Shown here: positions 9,969 to 21,900 of the stretch, piece after piece
Layout of the letters: each line of letters starts with the position of its first letter
How positions within the stretch are numbered: the stretch's first letter is position 1
From: Schmidtea polychroa
Taxonomy: Eukaryota
Reading direction: 5' to 3'
Assembly: GCA_044892525.1 (NCBI GenBank)
Contig: CM097886.1
Location: forward strand, 31,496,001-31,560,000
Length of the DNA stretch: 64,000 bases
The notes under the pieces: model-generated
What the model was told of the DNA's origin: nothing
The model's database searches: none
What the model saw: only the letters and a program-made list of their open reading frames with translations
Made by a program: the position numbers and the translations under genes

Positions 9969-12900
9969 CTATATACGTGAGTTTGGAGGGCGCTGAACGT
10001 TCCAGGCCTCCACCCACTGTCCTTGTTTGATATCACTTGGTCGTTTCACTCGATGTTGGAAGTTTCTGATTCGGGTCATTTCTAGTTCTCCGCGATGTCG
10101 TTTATCTTTAATTATTTTTATTGTTCCCCCCGTTATGATTAGGAATGCCCCTGTTATTATTATCCCACTGATCCACATCATCTGCTTCACGCTTATACTC
10201 TCTGGTTTTTCCTTGTTGGTTAATGTTGATATCGCTTCTGTACTTTTCTCGTTTCCTCTTTTGCCATTTCCTTTCATCATTTCCCGTATTCTTGCTATTT
10301 CCTCGTTCATACCCTCCTTTGCCATCTTTTGTATTTTTTCCATCTCTTCCTCCGAAACATAGTTGTCCTGAGCTTCCTCACCAGTTTTCTTGTGCTTTCC
10401 TCCTTCGTTCTTTTCGTCGTGGTTTTTTCTTTTCTTTCCTCTTTTCCCCGGGTATCGTCGGCATTCTCTTTTTGATTCATTCCTCCAGATACAAACCGTG
10501 TATTCTTTCGGCGGCTGCTGCTGCGTCACATATTGATGGCATCTCTCACCTGGTCCTAATCTTGAAATACAGACTTTGTGCTCTTTTCTAGGTTGGATCT
10601 GCGTTATTACTACTTCACCACCTTTTCCTAGGTGTACCTCTTTTCCTTTGACGTTCGTTATTCTCTTCCCGTCTCGATTTCGGTATGCTTCTTGTATTCT
10701 TACTTCTGTTATTGGTTCTGTGTCCTCATTTATCAGTACTAATTTCTGATACGCTCTAGACATGCATCTTCCTAGTATGCACTTTTCCTTTAAGTCCCAT
10801 TCTTCCTTTAAATCCCACTGCTGCTCTTGTGCTTGCTTTCTCTTTTCTTGTTTTAGTTCATCCTCTTTGCTATCTTGATTCTCCGCTTCTTTGGTTTCTT
10901 TTATCGTTCTCGTCCCTCCCTGAGCTGTTACTAACTCTATCATGGTAAGCATAATTATCATTAATATCATATTTGTCTCTATTTCTTTGTTAGTGAAAGG
11001 TAGGCATACCCTCTGTTTTCCATTATTCGATTTTTCCTCCTCTTTGGTCTTGGTTCTCGGGCTGTTTCCCTCTCTTTTCGTATCCGAATCCTTGTTTTCT
11101 GGTTTACCCTCCTCCGGTTCTCTTTTCTCTTTATCCTCCTTTCGGTCTTTTCCGTTATTGTCATCGTGTTTATCTCCCTCGCTGTCATTTAAAATGTCGT
11201 CCTCGACATTTATATCGCTCAATAATCTGCGATATGCTGTTAGCACTCTGTTTCTTGCTAATTTTGCTTCGAATTCAAACTCTTTTCTACCCGTTGCAGC
11301 ATGTCTCTTTCTATTCCATTCTTTAACTAACTCTCTCAATTGCATACGACGATGTTTCCCAATTCGTTGTTGCTCGTTCTGATTTTGCGTGAATTTTAGG
11401 TCTTCTCTATTTAATACTATTAAAATAATTTTAGGCGTCCCCCCCTTAGTTAGGGTATTCTTTACCATCGCATTTTCTCCGTTTTCGTAGAATTCGTTTA
11501 CATTTATCGCATATTTATTATTTGGTGGTACTCTCCAGGTTAATAATAATTTCATTGCTTCTAGATTTTTCCGTACCGTATTCCATTGAAACTGAGATGT
11601 GTTTTTGCACATATTTTCAACTTCTTCTTCTGTCGCATTTTTGCAAATAAATCTGATCATTTCTAAGTTTGGCTGTATGGTTGCCCAGTCCAAGGTGGAA
11701 TTTCCTTCATTGGACCTTTCGTCTAGTTTCGATCCTGATTGATGTAGGATGTGGAGTGTTTTTGGGTGTATTTTCGTTATAGCTGCATACATCATGGCGG
11801 TTTCACCTTGTTCATTTTTCGTGTTGGTTTCCTCGCCCATCTCCCCAAGGATTCTCATGATCGTTATTGCTCTATTCTCTTTTGCAGCTAGTATTGCTTG
11901 TTGTAGGGGTGTTCGGGAATCCTTCGTTACCATCGTAAATGCTCGAGGCAAGAAGGTTTTGATTTTCCCGATATCTAAACCCGTGGTTTGATCTCTTGCG
12001 TATGTGTGTACGGCTTTTATTATTTTGGACAATATTATTTCGTCTGGCAGCTCTAGCATTTCCTCAAAGAACACTTCTTTTGCTTTGCGTATTATTGCCT
12101 CTTGATCTATACTCATTGATTTGGTTTCGATGACGTTGTTTGTGACCGTTCGGTTCGTTGTTGACTTTGATTCCCTGGATTTCTCATACCTTATTTTCGT
12201 TTTCTTTCCGTTTGGATTATTGATTCGTTCCTCTGCTGTAAGTATTTGGATAATATCCATGTAATTCTCGCGGATGTTATTCATCGTGTCCATCATATAT
12301 AACACACTTACTGTTTCCCAATATTTATGTCGTACTTGGTTAGTAAATTGGAATAGTGATTTTTCGAATGTGTCGATTCGCTTTTTTGTTAACTGTTCGT
12401 CTTTGTGATTTGTGAATTTTATCCCTCGTTCTAGTAATTGATTCGGGATTTCGAATAAATGATGTCCTTTCATAGCTTCTCTCATCAGCGTGTTCTCTCC
12501 TCTCGTGAACGCTTCGTTTACGTTGATCATATAATCGTTTCGAATTGGATTTCTCCATGTAATTAATATTCCGGTAATTGTCGTCAGTTTTTCTTTGATC
12601 GCTGTTAGCAATCCATCATACATGTTTCCGACTTCCCGATTGTCCTCATATGATAGTAGTTCCATCAATGACGTGAACGCCTCGGTACTTCTCCCTCTGA
12701 TAGCATGATGTAGAGCGTTTTTCCGCTCGTGGTCTTGTGTAGTTATTTTCGATCCGGTATCGAGTAATGCGGTTATAATGTCTTTTGTTTTGCCTCTGTT
12801 TGCGGCCATCATTAATGGTGTGTAACCTTGGTTGTTTGTTTGTTCTGTTGATCGCTTGCAGTCGTGAAATGCTTCTATTGTTTCTAGTATTTGCTCGTTG

Positions 12901-15900
12901 TTACCTACTTTCATGAGTTTGTGTAATGGTGTGTCTCCGTAATGATCTGTTATTGTAAATAATATTGGCCATTGGCTTTTGACTACTCGCAATAATGGGT
13001 GTGTCCTTTCTCTATTTGCATAGTTCTCGATCATCGTCAATAATCCTCCTAATATTTCGAAATCTAATCGATCTTTCGCCCATCCAGGTATTTTAATTTT
13101 TACCTCTTTTACAATCTTTTCCGCTTCTGATGGTTGGATACCTAATCGTCCAGTGATCGGTTCTGCGAGTTGTTGCATCATGTTCATTCGGTAGGTTTGC
13201 GAACGTGTGGTTAATGTACGGCCTTCTGGTTGACTAGTGGCTGTTTTTGGAATTGATTTGCATCGTGCCACGTTTACGTATATTGGTCTGGTAAAGGGGT
13301 TATTTACCAATTTCACTCTTACATTAGTTTCGCCTACGAATAAGATCTCATATGGTCCTTTTCCGTTGCGTTGTAACTTTTTTGTGGTTCCTGGAATTAA
13401 TTCCGGGGTTTCTATCATTACCCAATCACCTGTTTGGAACGTATGTTGCTTCACGTTTTTCTTTCGATCGTGTAAATCTTTATAACTTTCCTGGTAGAAC
13501 TTGATATTTAATCCCGCAGTTTCCCAAATTTCTTGCATTCTTTCCTTGAATTTCGTAACATAATCATCGATCTCCATATACTGCGATATCGGTGGTTGGT
13601 ATTCCAGGTCCATTGGCATATTACATTCTCTTCCGTACATTAATTTGAATGGGCTCATTTTCGTTGATGCGTGAATCGACATTCTGTACGCCATAAGACA
13701 TAGGTTTATATATTCGTCCCAATCTCGTTGGTGACGGTCAACGTAGTTTGATAACATTTGTATAAGTGTTCCATTAAATCTTTCCGTCATCCCATTGGTT
13801 TGAGGGTGGTATGGAGATGTTCTTAGTTTTGCTATTTTGAAGTAATTTGTTACTTCGCTCATTATCTCACTCATAAAATTTGTTCCCTGATCGGTTAAGA
13901 TTTGTTTTGGTGTTCCATATCGGCAACATATCTCTTCTACCAAAATTTTTGCGATTGTTTTAGCTTTTTGGTCTGGCATCGCGAATGCTTCTGGGAATTT
14001 CGTAAGAAAGTCTGTGATCACCAGAATGTAAACGTTTCCTTTATCTGACTCTGGTAGTGGACCAACTACGTCCATGGATATCATTGTCATTGGTTCTATT
14101 GGTACTGGCATTGGCGTTAAAGGTGCTTTCCATTTCGATCCCGTATTCTTCCTGGTTGCACAAGTTAGACAATTTTTTACCCATTCGGTTACATCTTCCG
14201 TTAACGTAGGCCAAAAATATTTCTGTTTCATTCTTGCTAACGTCTTTTTCGATGACATATGTCCTCCCAATCTCCCATCGTGATATTGCGTTAGTAACTC
14301 TTTTCGTCGGTTTTCCGGTATACACATTAATCGTTTTTCCCCATCCATTATCAGCAACCAATCTTTCTCTATAATATATCGGTGTCGGTGTTTATCCATA
14401 TGTTCTTTTAATTTTTGGTCTTTCGCATATACATCTGTCTGTCCGGTTTTTATATAATCGATAATTTGTTTTAATTCCGCGTCCTCTTGTTGGTCCTTTC
14501 GCAATTGACAGAAATCCAAATCTTCCGCTACTATTAAGCATATGCGTTGCATTTCTGAATCCACCAAATCTGGGAAAATAAATCTTGACATACAATCGGC
14601 GTTGGCATTTGCTCTTCCCGCTTTAAATTTTATAAATGGGGAGTATTCTTGCAATTGCATGGCCCATCTCATCAGTCTACTGGACGCTTCTTTATGTTGC
14701 CCTAACCACACTAATGGTTGATGGTCTGTGGTTATGCATATCTCATGTCCCCATAGTAAATATCGGAAGTGTTTGATAGCTTGTATTATAGCCAATGCTT
14801 CTCGTTCTGTTACCGAATAGTTCTTTTCGTGCTTTTTGAATGTTCGACTGTAATACCCGATTACTCTCTCTTTTCCCTCATCGTCCAATTGTCCCAGAAT
14901 CGCGCCTGCCGCGTACCCGCTTGCATCCGTTGCCAATAGAAATGGCTTCTTAAAATCTGGGTGTACGAGGATAGGTGCTTCGATTAGTTTGTCTCTCAGC
15001 GTTTCAAACGCCTCTTGTTGTTCCTTCCCCCATAAGAACGAAATGTCCTTCTTTACTAATTCCTGGATTGGTTTTGCAATTCCTGCATAATTTTTGATAA
15101 ATTTGCGATAGTATCCGCATAATCCTAGAAATTCCTGAACTTGGGTGACAGTTTTCGGTGCTGGACATGTTTTTATTTTCTCAATGTTTCTTGGATCTGG
15201 CTCCTTTCCTTTAGCTGACACTATGTGTCCTAAAAACGTGACTTTTTCCTTTGCCCAATCGCATTTTGATGGTTTGAGTTTGAGTTTCCACTGTCTTAAT
15301 CTAATAAATACGTTTCGGATATCTTCTAGATGTTGTTCAAATGTCGCTGAATAGATTAGTAAATCATCAATATATACCATACATTGTTTGATTCCATGGG
15401 TGACAAAGTTCATACACCGTTGAAATGATGCTGGTGCGTTAGTCAGTCCAAATGGCATTTTCCTGAATTGATATAGATCTCGTCCCAACGTGAAAGCTGT
15501 TTTCTCTTTGTCCTCATCTTTGACTTTAATCTGCCAGTATCCACTTTTTAGATCTAAAGAAGTAAAATATGCTGCCCCTTGCAACATCAATAACATCTCA
15601 TTGATGTCCGGCAATGGATAGGTATCTCTCTTGGTCACTGCGTTTAACTTCCGATAATCGATACAGAATCGTTGGGTGCCATCTTTCTTTTTCACCATGA
15701 CCACTGGGAATTGCCAGGGTGAGCAACTTGGTTCGATTACTTTTGCGTCTAGCATCTTTTGTACTTCTGTTTCGGCTATTTCTTTCTGCATTTCTGCTAG
15801 CTTGTATGGTCTCAATGCAATTGGGGTTTCGTCTATGAGTGGTATTGCATGTAAGGTAACATCACATGTACCCAAGTCTAAATCTGAGATGGCGAATATA

Positions 15901-18900
15901 TCTTTATATTCTACCAACAATCGGTGCAATTTTTTCTTTTCGTCATTCGTCAACAACATACTATCTATTGTCCATAATTCATCATCTTTGATCATCTCGT
16001 TGGTCACTTTCGGTAATTCTATGTCCATCATTGGGGTCAATCTTCCCAATTTTTCGTTCTCATAAATGATTTTGTCTTCCTCTTCAAAATTCGTGATGTT
16101 GAGCGGTATCACTCCTTCTTGGTTTATTGTGATTATTTCTCTTGCGAGTGGTAATTCTCGTCGCTTTTCAAATGACTTGCTTGGTTCAAAGATAACTTCT
16201 CCTTCCATACCCGTATCCACTTTTATCTGACAAATCATCTGTGATTTTGCTGGTACTATTATTTTTTCTGGACATCTGATGACTGCATTCATTTTGCATA
16301 TTCTACCGGTTTTGTCTTTTAAACACATGGTTGTTAAGTCAATTACGACTTCTTTTAACAATTCTGGCATCAAATCCGTTCCGATTATGCATGGTACGCT
16401 AAGTTTTGGTATTACTGCCAAATACGTTTCAATTTCGTTGTCCTGGTATCTCAATGTAGTCCACCATCTTCCGACCACGTCCACTGTTTCTTTACTACAT
16501 GCTATGATGTGAATTGTTGTTGATTCGATATCCTTCCAGTGTTTACTGGGGATTTGATTAATCGCTATCGCTGATACATTAGCTCCGGTGTCTATCATAG
16601 CATTGGTTTCTTTACCATTGATTTGAATCATAACTGTTACTGCTGGACCTCCAGGTAAACTCATCGCTGCTATTGTTCTTACGTCATCTGCTTGATCTAC
16701 ACTTTTGGTACGTCGTGTTGGCATATAATGCATACCGGGTTGACTCGGTAATTGCGGATACATATTTTGTGTCATGGTCAAAGCTGTTTGTGGTCCCACG
16801 ATATCCGGTGGTATATAGCTTCCATTGGCGATCCAGGTGTTTGTCTTTTCCTTTTCCCAATATGGTGCCGTTTCCATTGGTTTTTCGTTTGGGTTTCTGT
16901 TTGGATAAAGACATTTATCGTTCCCGTTATCATCGTCGTCACTATCGCTGTTAGATGATTGGCTTCTAAATCGGTCCAAGAATTTTGGCTTATTCTTTTT
17001 CAATTGTCGTCTTGTTGCTTCATCGTACATTACTTTCCGGAATCGTCTGCCTACTTCCTCGTCGGTTCCTTTAATCTTTGTTAATATTTTAATCAATCGC
17101 TTTATCCGATGAATGTCTTTTGAGTGGCCATGTAATACCATGGTCTTAGCTAAAAATGGTAAGAAGCCTACTATCATTTTCCAATTAACTTTCTTTTCCC
17201 GCTTGTATATATCGAAACAAGCTAACATTTGTGTTAGTATTACTCTGACTATCTGAATTATGAGTATGATCCCTAATATCCCGGCCATCATTTGTCCAAA
17301 AACTAAGAATCTTCCCCACATTGCTTTCATCATGTTTGACGTAGCTTGTTGAAAATGGTCTGGCGATAATAGCAGCTCGTAATTCGGGCCTGATTGATAG
17401 TTTGTGCCCCCAGTTATTGTTACCATATTAGACAAAATGGATTCTCGTCTGGCTGGGAAGAGTACGTTAAGTCGTGCTGTTTCTAGATCTTCTGGGGAAT
17501 ACATACCACCGTTTGACACGTCTATAGGTTTGAAATCCAGCTCTGTGGCGAGTTCTATTAATCCAAATTTCTTGGGCTCCTCGGATATGGTTTTTCCCGG
17601 TAACATCATCCATTTCCCATCGGGCCTTTCATATAAAGGTCCGTATGCATTAGAACAGTTAAAGAGATTTGGGTAGAAACCCACTGGATTCATAATTCTA
17701 GTGACTGGTTGGACGAATCGATTTTGTCCTTTATAACGGATTTCTAATTCATTTGCACATCTCTTTTCGGGTAGTATGGATTTTTCTGGCATTCGTGCAT
17801 ACGTCTTGGTACACTGGTATGTGTACATCACTTCTCCTACCATTCTACCAAAGTGTCCATCTGGTAATGGGAGTGATGGCATCGTGTTATCTGGGTGCGT
17901 TATCGCAATAGCTAGCTTTGTTTTCAATATTTCTTTATTCAATGAACAATCGTTTTGTATTAGATCGTAATATACTTTTTGCAAGGTCGTTTGTCCGCGA
18001 TGAAATAGAAAATCCATTTTATTATTTGCATATAAGTATAGTTTTACGTCCTCCGTTGCTATCTTTCCCACTGCTCTATCGATTATTTGTCTCGACATAT
18101 AGATACCTGCGTAATTGGTTTTATATACTATACTGTCACATTTGGTGGTTTCTTTCTCTTTGATAAATCTCATACCTAGATCTGGATCGTCTGTGATTAA
18201 TGCTGTTGGTGTCTTCTGCGTTGAAAGTCTCTTTTCTCTGGGAGATGGTGGCATTGGTTTTCCATTTCGCATTCTCACTCTGTCGTTTCCATCCTCGTCG
18301 TTCTCGTTCTCATATATTTCTCCTTTTACTTCATTGAACAAAGCACTTTTTAACAGTTGGAGTCGGCATTTTTGGGTATTAGCTTCATAGATTATAGTTG
18401 ATACTCCTGTCCTGCATACGTTTTCTGTAGCTCTACACGTTGGGTTGGTCTTCATTTGGTAATTATTTGCGTCAAATTGCGCTTCGTATTCTTTTAATTC
18501 GACCGTGTAAGACTCGATCACTACAACTCCCGATATTACCTCGCCTCGGATCGTATACGTACCTCCGTTACATGACCCATCTGATGATTTTACTTTTCCG
18601 GATACGTAAACACTTTCGGTTTTAATCATTCCAGTTTGTCCGTGAATTGTCACTCCGTTATGCATTTTTAGCGCTCCGGTTCTAAATAGTTCTTTACAAT
18701 CCTCTCGTTGTATTGATACGATTTCTTTATCCAGACCGGGTAGTATAAGAGTCGAATACGAATATTGTCCACAGTAATATGCGAGTACCTTTTTTGATAC
18801 TACGCATTCCCTTGCTTGCGTTCTGATGAAATCTGATTCTTGATATACATGGTAAGTAACTTTTGTTCTCACGATGTCCAATTTGTTGGGTGAGGCTTGT

Positions 18901-21900
18901 CTGCATTCTTCTATGTCTCTCAATGAGTATTTATCTCTCATTATCATATTATCACAATCGTAGATGGTAAAACCCGTTGCTCCACTTGTGCACAACATCC
19001 ATATCATCATAGTCATCATTAACGAATTTATTGATGCTTTTCTGCTTGCGGGATCTTTCATCGGTAGTTCCCATTCTAGTTCATTTAACAGTTTTTTCAA
19101 TCTAACTTGCATCGACCTTTCTTGCTCATTTTTCCGTGGCGCTTGTATCAGTCTTTTCCATCCTCCTGCACGAATAATGTGTGGTTCAATAGTATTCTCT
19201 ATGATTGAAACGGTCATTTCTACATGATTTGCAAACTGTTTATTTGGTATTTTCCTCGCAGCTAGTCCCATCAAATTATACATCAAATAAGTGATTACCA
19301 CTAGGTGATGCTCGTCATCATTTGCATTTGTCGTGAGCTGCTCAATCACTCTCTTTGTTTCGTCCCAATCCGTTTTGGTGGTTTTCGTTTTCTCTTTGAT
19401 TAACTTTGGGATTATCCCCGAAATGGTGTGCCATAATTGTCTAGCTTCCGTACTGGCTACTTTCCGTTGCCACAAACGTCTAAGTTGTGGGTTTGTTATT
19501 ATTAACATATCTTTTAACAATTCTCGTATCCATTTTTCTCCTCTTTCGATCGTTGGTTGGGCTTCCTTTAGATCCCATACTATTTTATCCAATTTTTCTA
19601 ATCGAACTTGCCCTTGTTCTTGCTTTAATTGTTCTTTGGTTTTGAACTCAGACTTTTCTCCTTGTTTCTTGGGTCTTCCTTTTGCCCGTTTTTCCATCAT
19701 CGTTCCGGCTTCTCTGGTATTTTCGTAATTCGGATTTCTTTCGTTATCCGTTCTGGGTAATGAGCTATCGTTATTTCTTAGCCACTCATTCCATTCGTCT
19801 ATTATTTTGTCGGTTTGACTTTCTGGTGTTACTTTCGTTGGTTCTCTTTGCTTCTGGAATTGTTCATCCGTTTCGGTTTCCGTAGTATTGTCGATGATTT
19901 CTTTGATGTTCAGTTTCGTTGGTTGTTGATAACTCGTTGATGGCTGGTTATTAGTCCACATTTCGGCTCCTGTCGGCCATCTCACTAATAGCGGTGATCT
20001 TTCTCCTGGTTCATCGTCACTATCTTCCAGGATTATCTCTTCAACTTCTTCAGTTTCATTAGATTTACTTGGTGCTTTGTTCGGACTTGGAGTACTCAAA
20101 CTGCCTTTTGTTGGTTTAATAATTTTACTTTTCCTTTTTAACGGTTTTCCCAACGTTTCTGCCATTGTTAATACATTTGTCTCTTCCAATCTCATGGGGG
20201 TTATCCCGACGTCTGCATTATCGTCTAGTGATTTTCCGAACAGTTGCAGATGGAATGGAGTTTCATATGCTAATTTCTTTTTTAATTCTCTAATTTTTGT
20301 TGTTGGATGCACCTCTAGTTCCTCGATGCTCTTGTCTGGATACTTGATTCGGATGTGATACCTCTCCTGGGTGTCTTGTGCCCATTCCTGATTTCTCCAT
20401 TTTCGAATAATTTGTTCTAGCTGTTCTGGATACCATTCATTATATTGCCGGTATTCCTCTATTGCCTTTGCCATTCCTCTCAGATTGTGGATGTCCTCTG
20501 ATGTCTTTAAGATGATGTTAGCCAACGCTACTACTTGGCGTCTTTGATTTTTCGCTCCCATTGCTAAGATATCGCCTAATTGTTTATATCTTTCTTTCTC
20601 TTCTCGTTCTCTTGCTTCCGTCGCTTCCTCGCCGTCCATATCAGCATATTCACGTTCCTTTTTCCTCATTGCATGAATATGTCTCGCTTCATTTTCGCTT
20701 TCTGATGTGACATCCGTCTCGCCTTCGTCATCTGATGTCTGTTCCCTTGCTTCCTCTTCATATTTTGGAGGTTCCTCTTCTTCTTCCTCCGATTCACTTT
20801 CTGTCTCACCAATGTCTGTTTCCACGAAGGTTCCTTTCCGGATTTCCCATTCCTTACTTTCTGCATTCCACACTCTTTCCCATGGGGTTCGTCTGCAGGA
20901 TCTGGTGCTTAATTTCGTGATTTTTCCTTGTAGTTCTTTTTCTTTTAACCATTGTTGGTGGATTTTAATTATTTCCGTAGATTTTTGATATAACGTTTTC
21001 ATCCGGTCTCGTATTTCTTTTTGATAGGTTACATCTCTTGTTCGAAATTCATCCATTGGTACTATCCTGATTATCTGGTGATTGTCCCACATACCCATTT
21101 CGCTTAACGAGGTGTCGTCCTCCGCTCGTAATATTATCTTATCGTACATCATGACTACATCATCCACCATACCATCACTACTTTCGCTACGTACCTTTTC
21201 CGTTATCTCTTGGTTTATTTTTGATACCAAGTCATCTACTGTACTCTGATTGCTCATTTTTATTCGTCGTTTTTCTTCGTTCGGTAACCATATGGTTATT
21301 TCCAACCTCTGTGGCTGGGTTTCTTTTAACCTTCCATATTTGTGGATCAAATTTATGGTTCTCCAATCACTCATTCGGAGCATTTCTGTATCTCGCAACC
21401 GGCTCATTAGTTCGTACATGGCTGGGGCTCGTCTGGTGATGAGTAAATCCCAGTTGTCTTCTACTTGTTCTTGAATTTGTTTGATCAGCTTATCCAGGTT
21501 TCGTCTCAGAGTACATTGTTTTATTTGTTCTAATTTCAATTTGATATTAAAATCATATTCTGCCTTGGCATCTTTAGCCCAATCGTAAAGGTTGGCTGGT
21601 TGTTTTTCTTTATGCAACTTCAGTATTTGCGTTTCTCCTGGCCATATTAGTGCATCTACTAAGTGCATATCTGGTTTGATCTGTTCTCCTTGGTATTGAT
21701 ACAGATATTCTTTCTTTCTCGAACTTCCCAAATGCTCTCGTATCCAATCGAAAAGTTCGTCGGTGACTGTATTTTTTATCCACATTCTTTCAAGTCCTCT
21801 ACTCGTTCCGATTTTTATTACATACCGCGTGGTATCGGCCTGCTTCATTTTTTCCATATAATTTTTTATAATTGATTTTTCCTCGTTTGGTATTAAATCT

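Noticed and set aside
16020-16300. dUTPase between protease and RT
   Set aside because: Beta-rich spacer lacks the conserved dUTPase motifs and is a common gypsy PR-RT linker.
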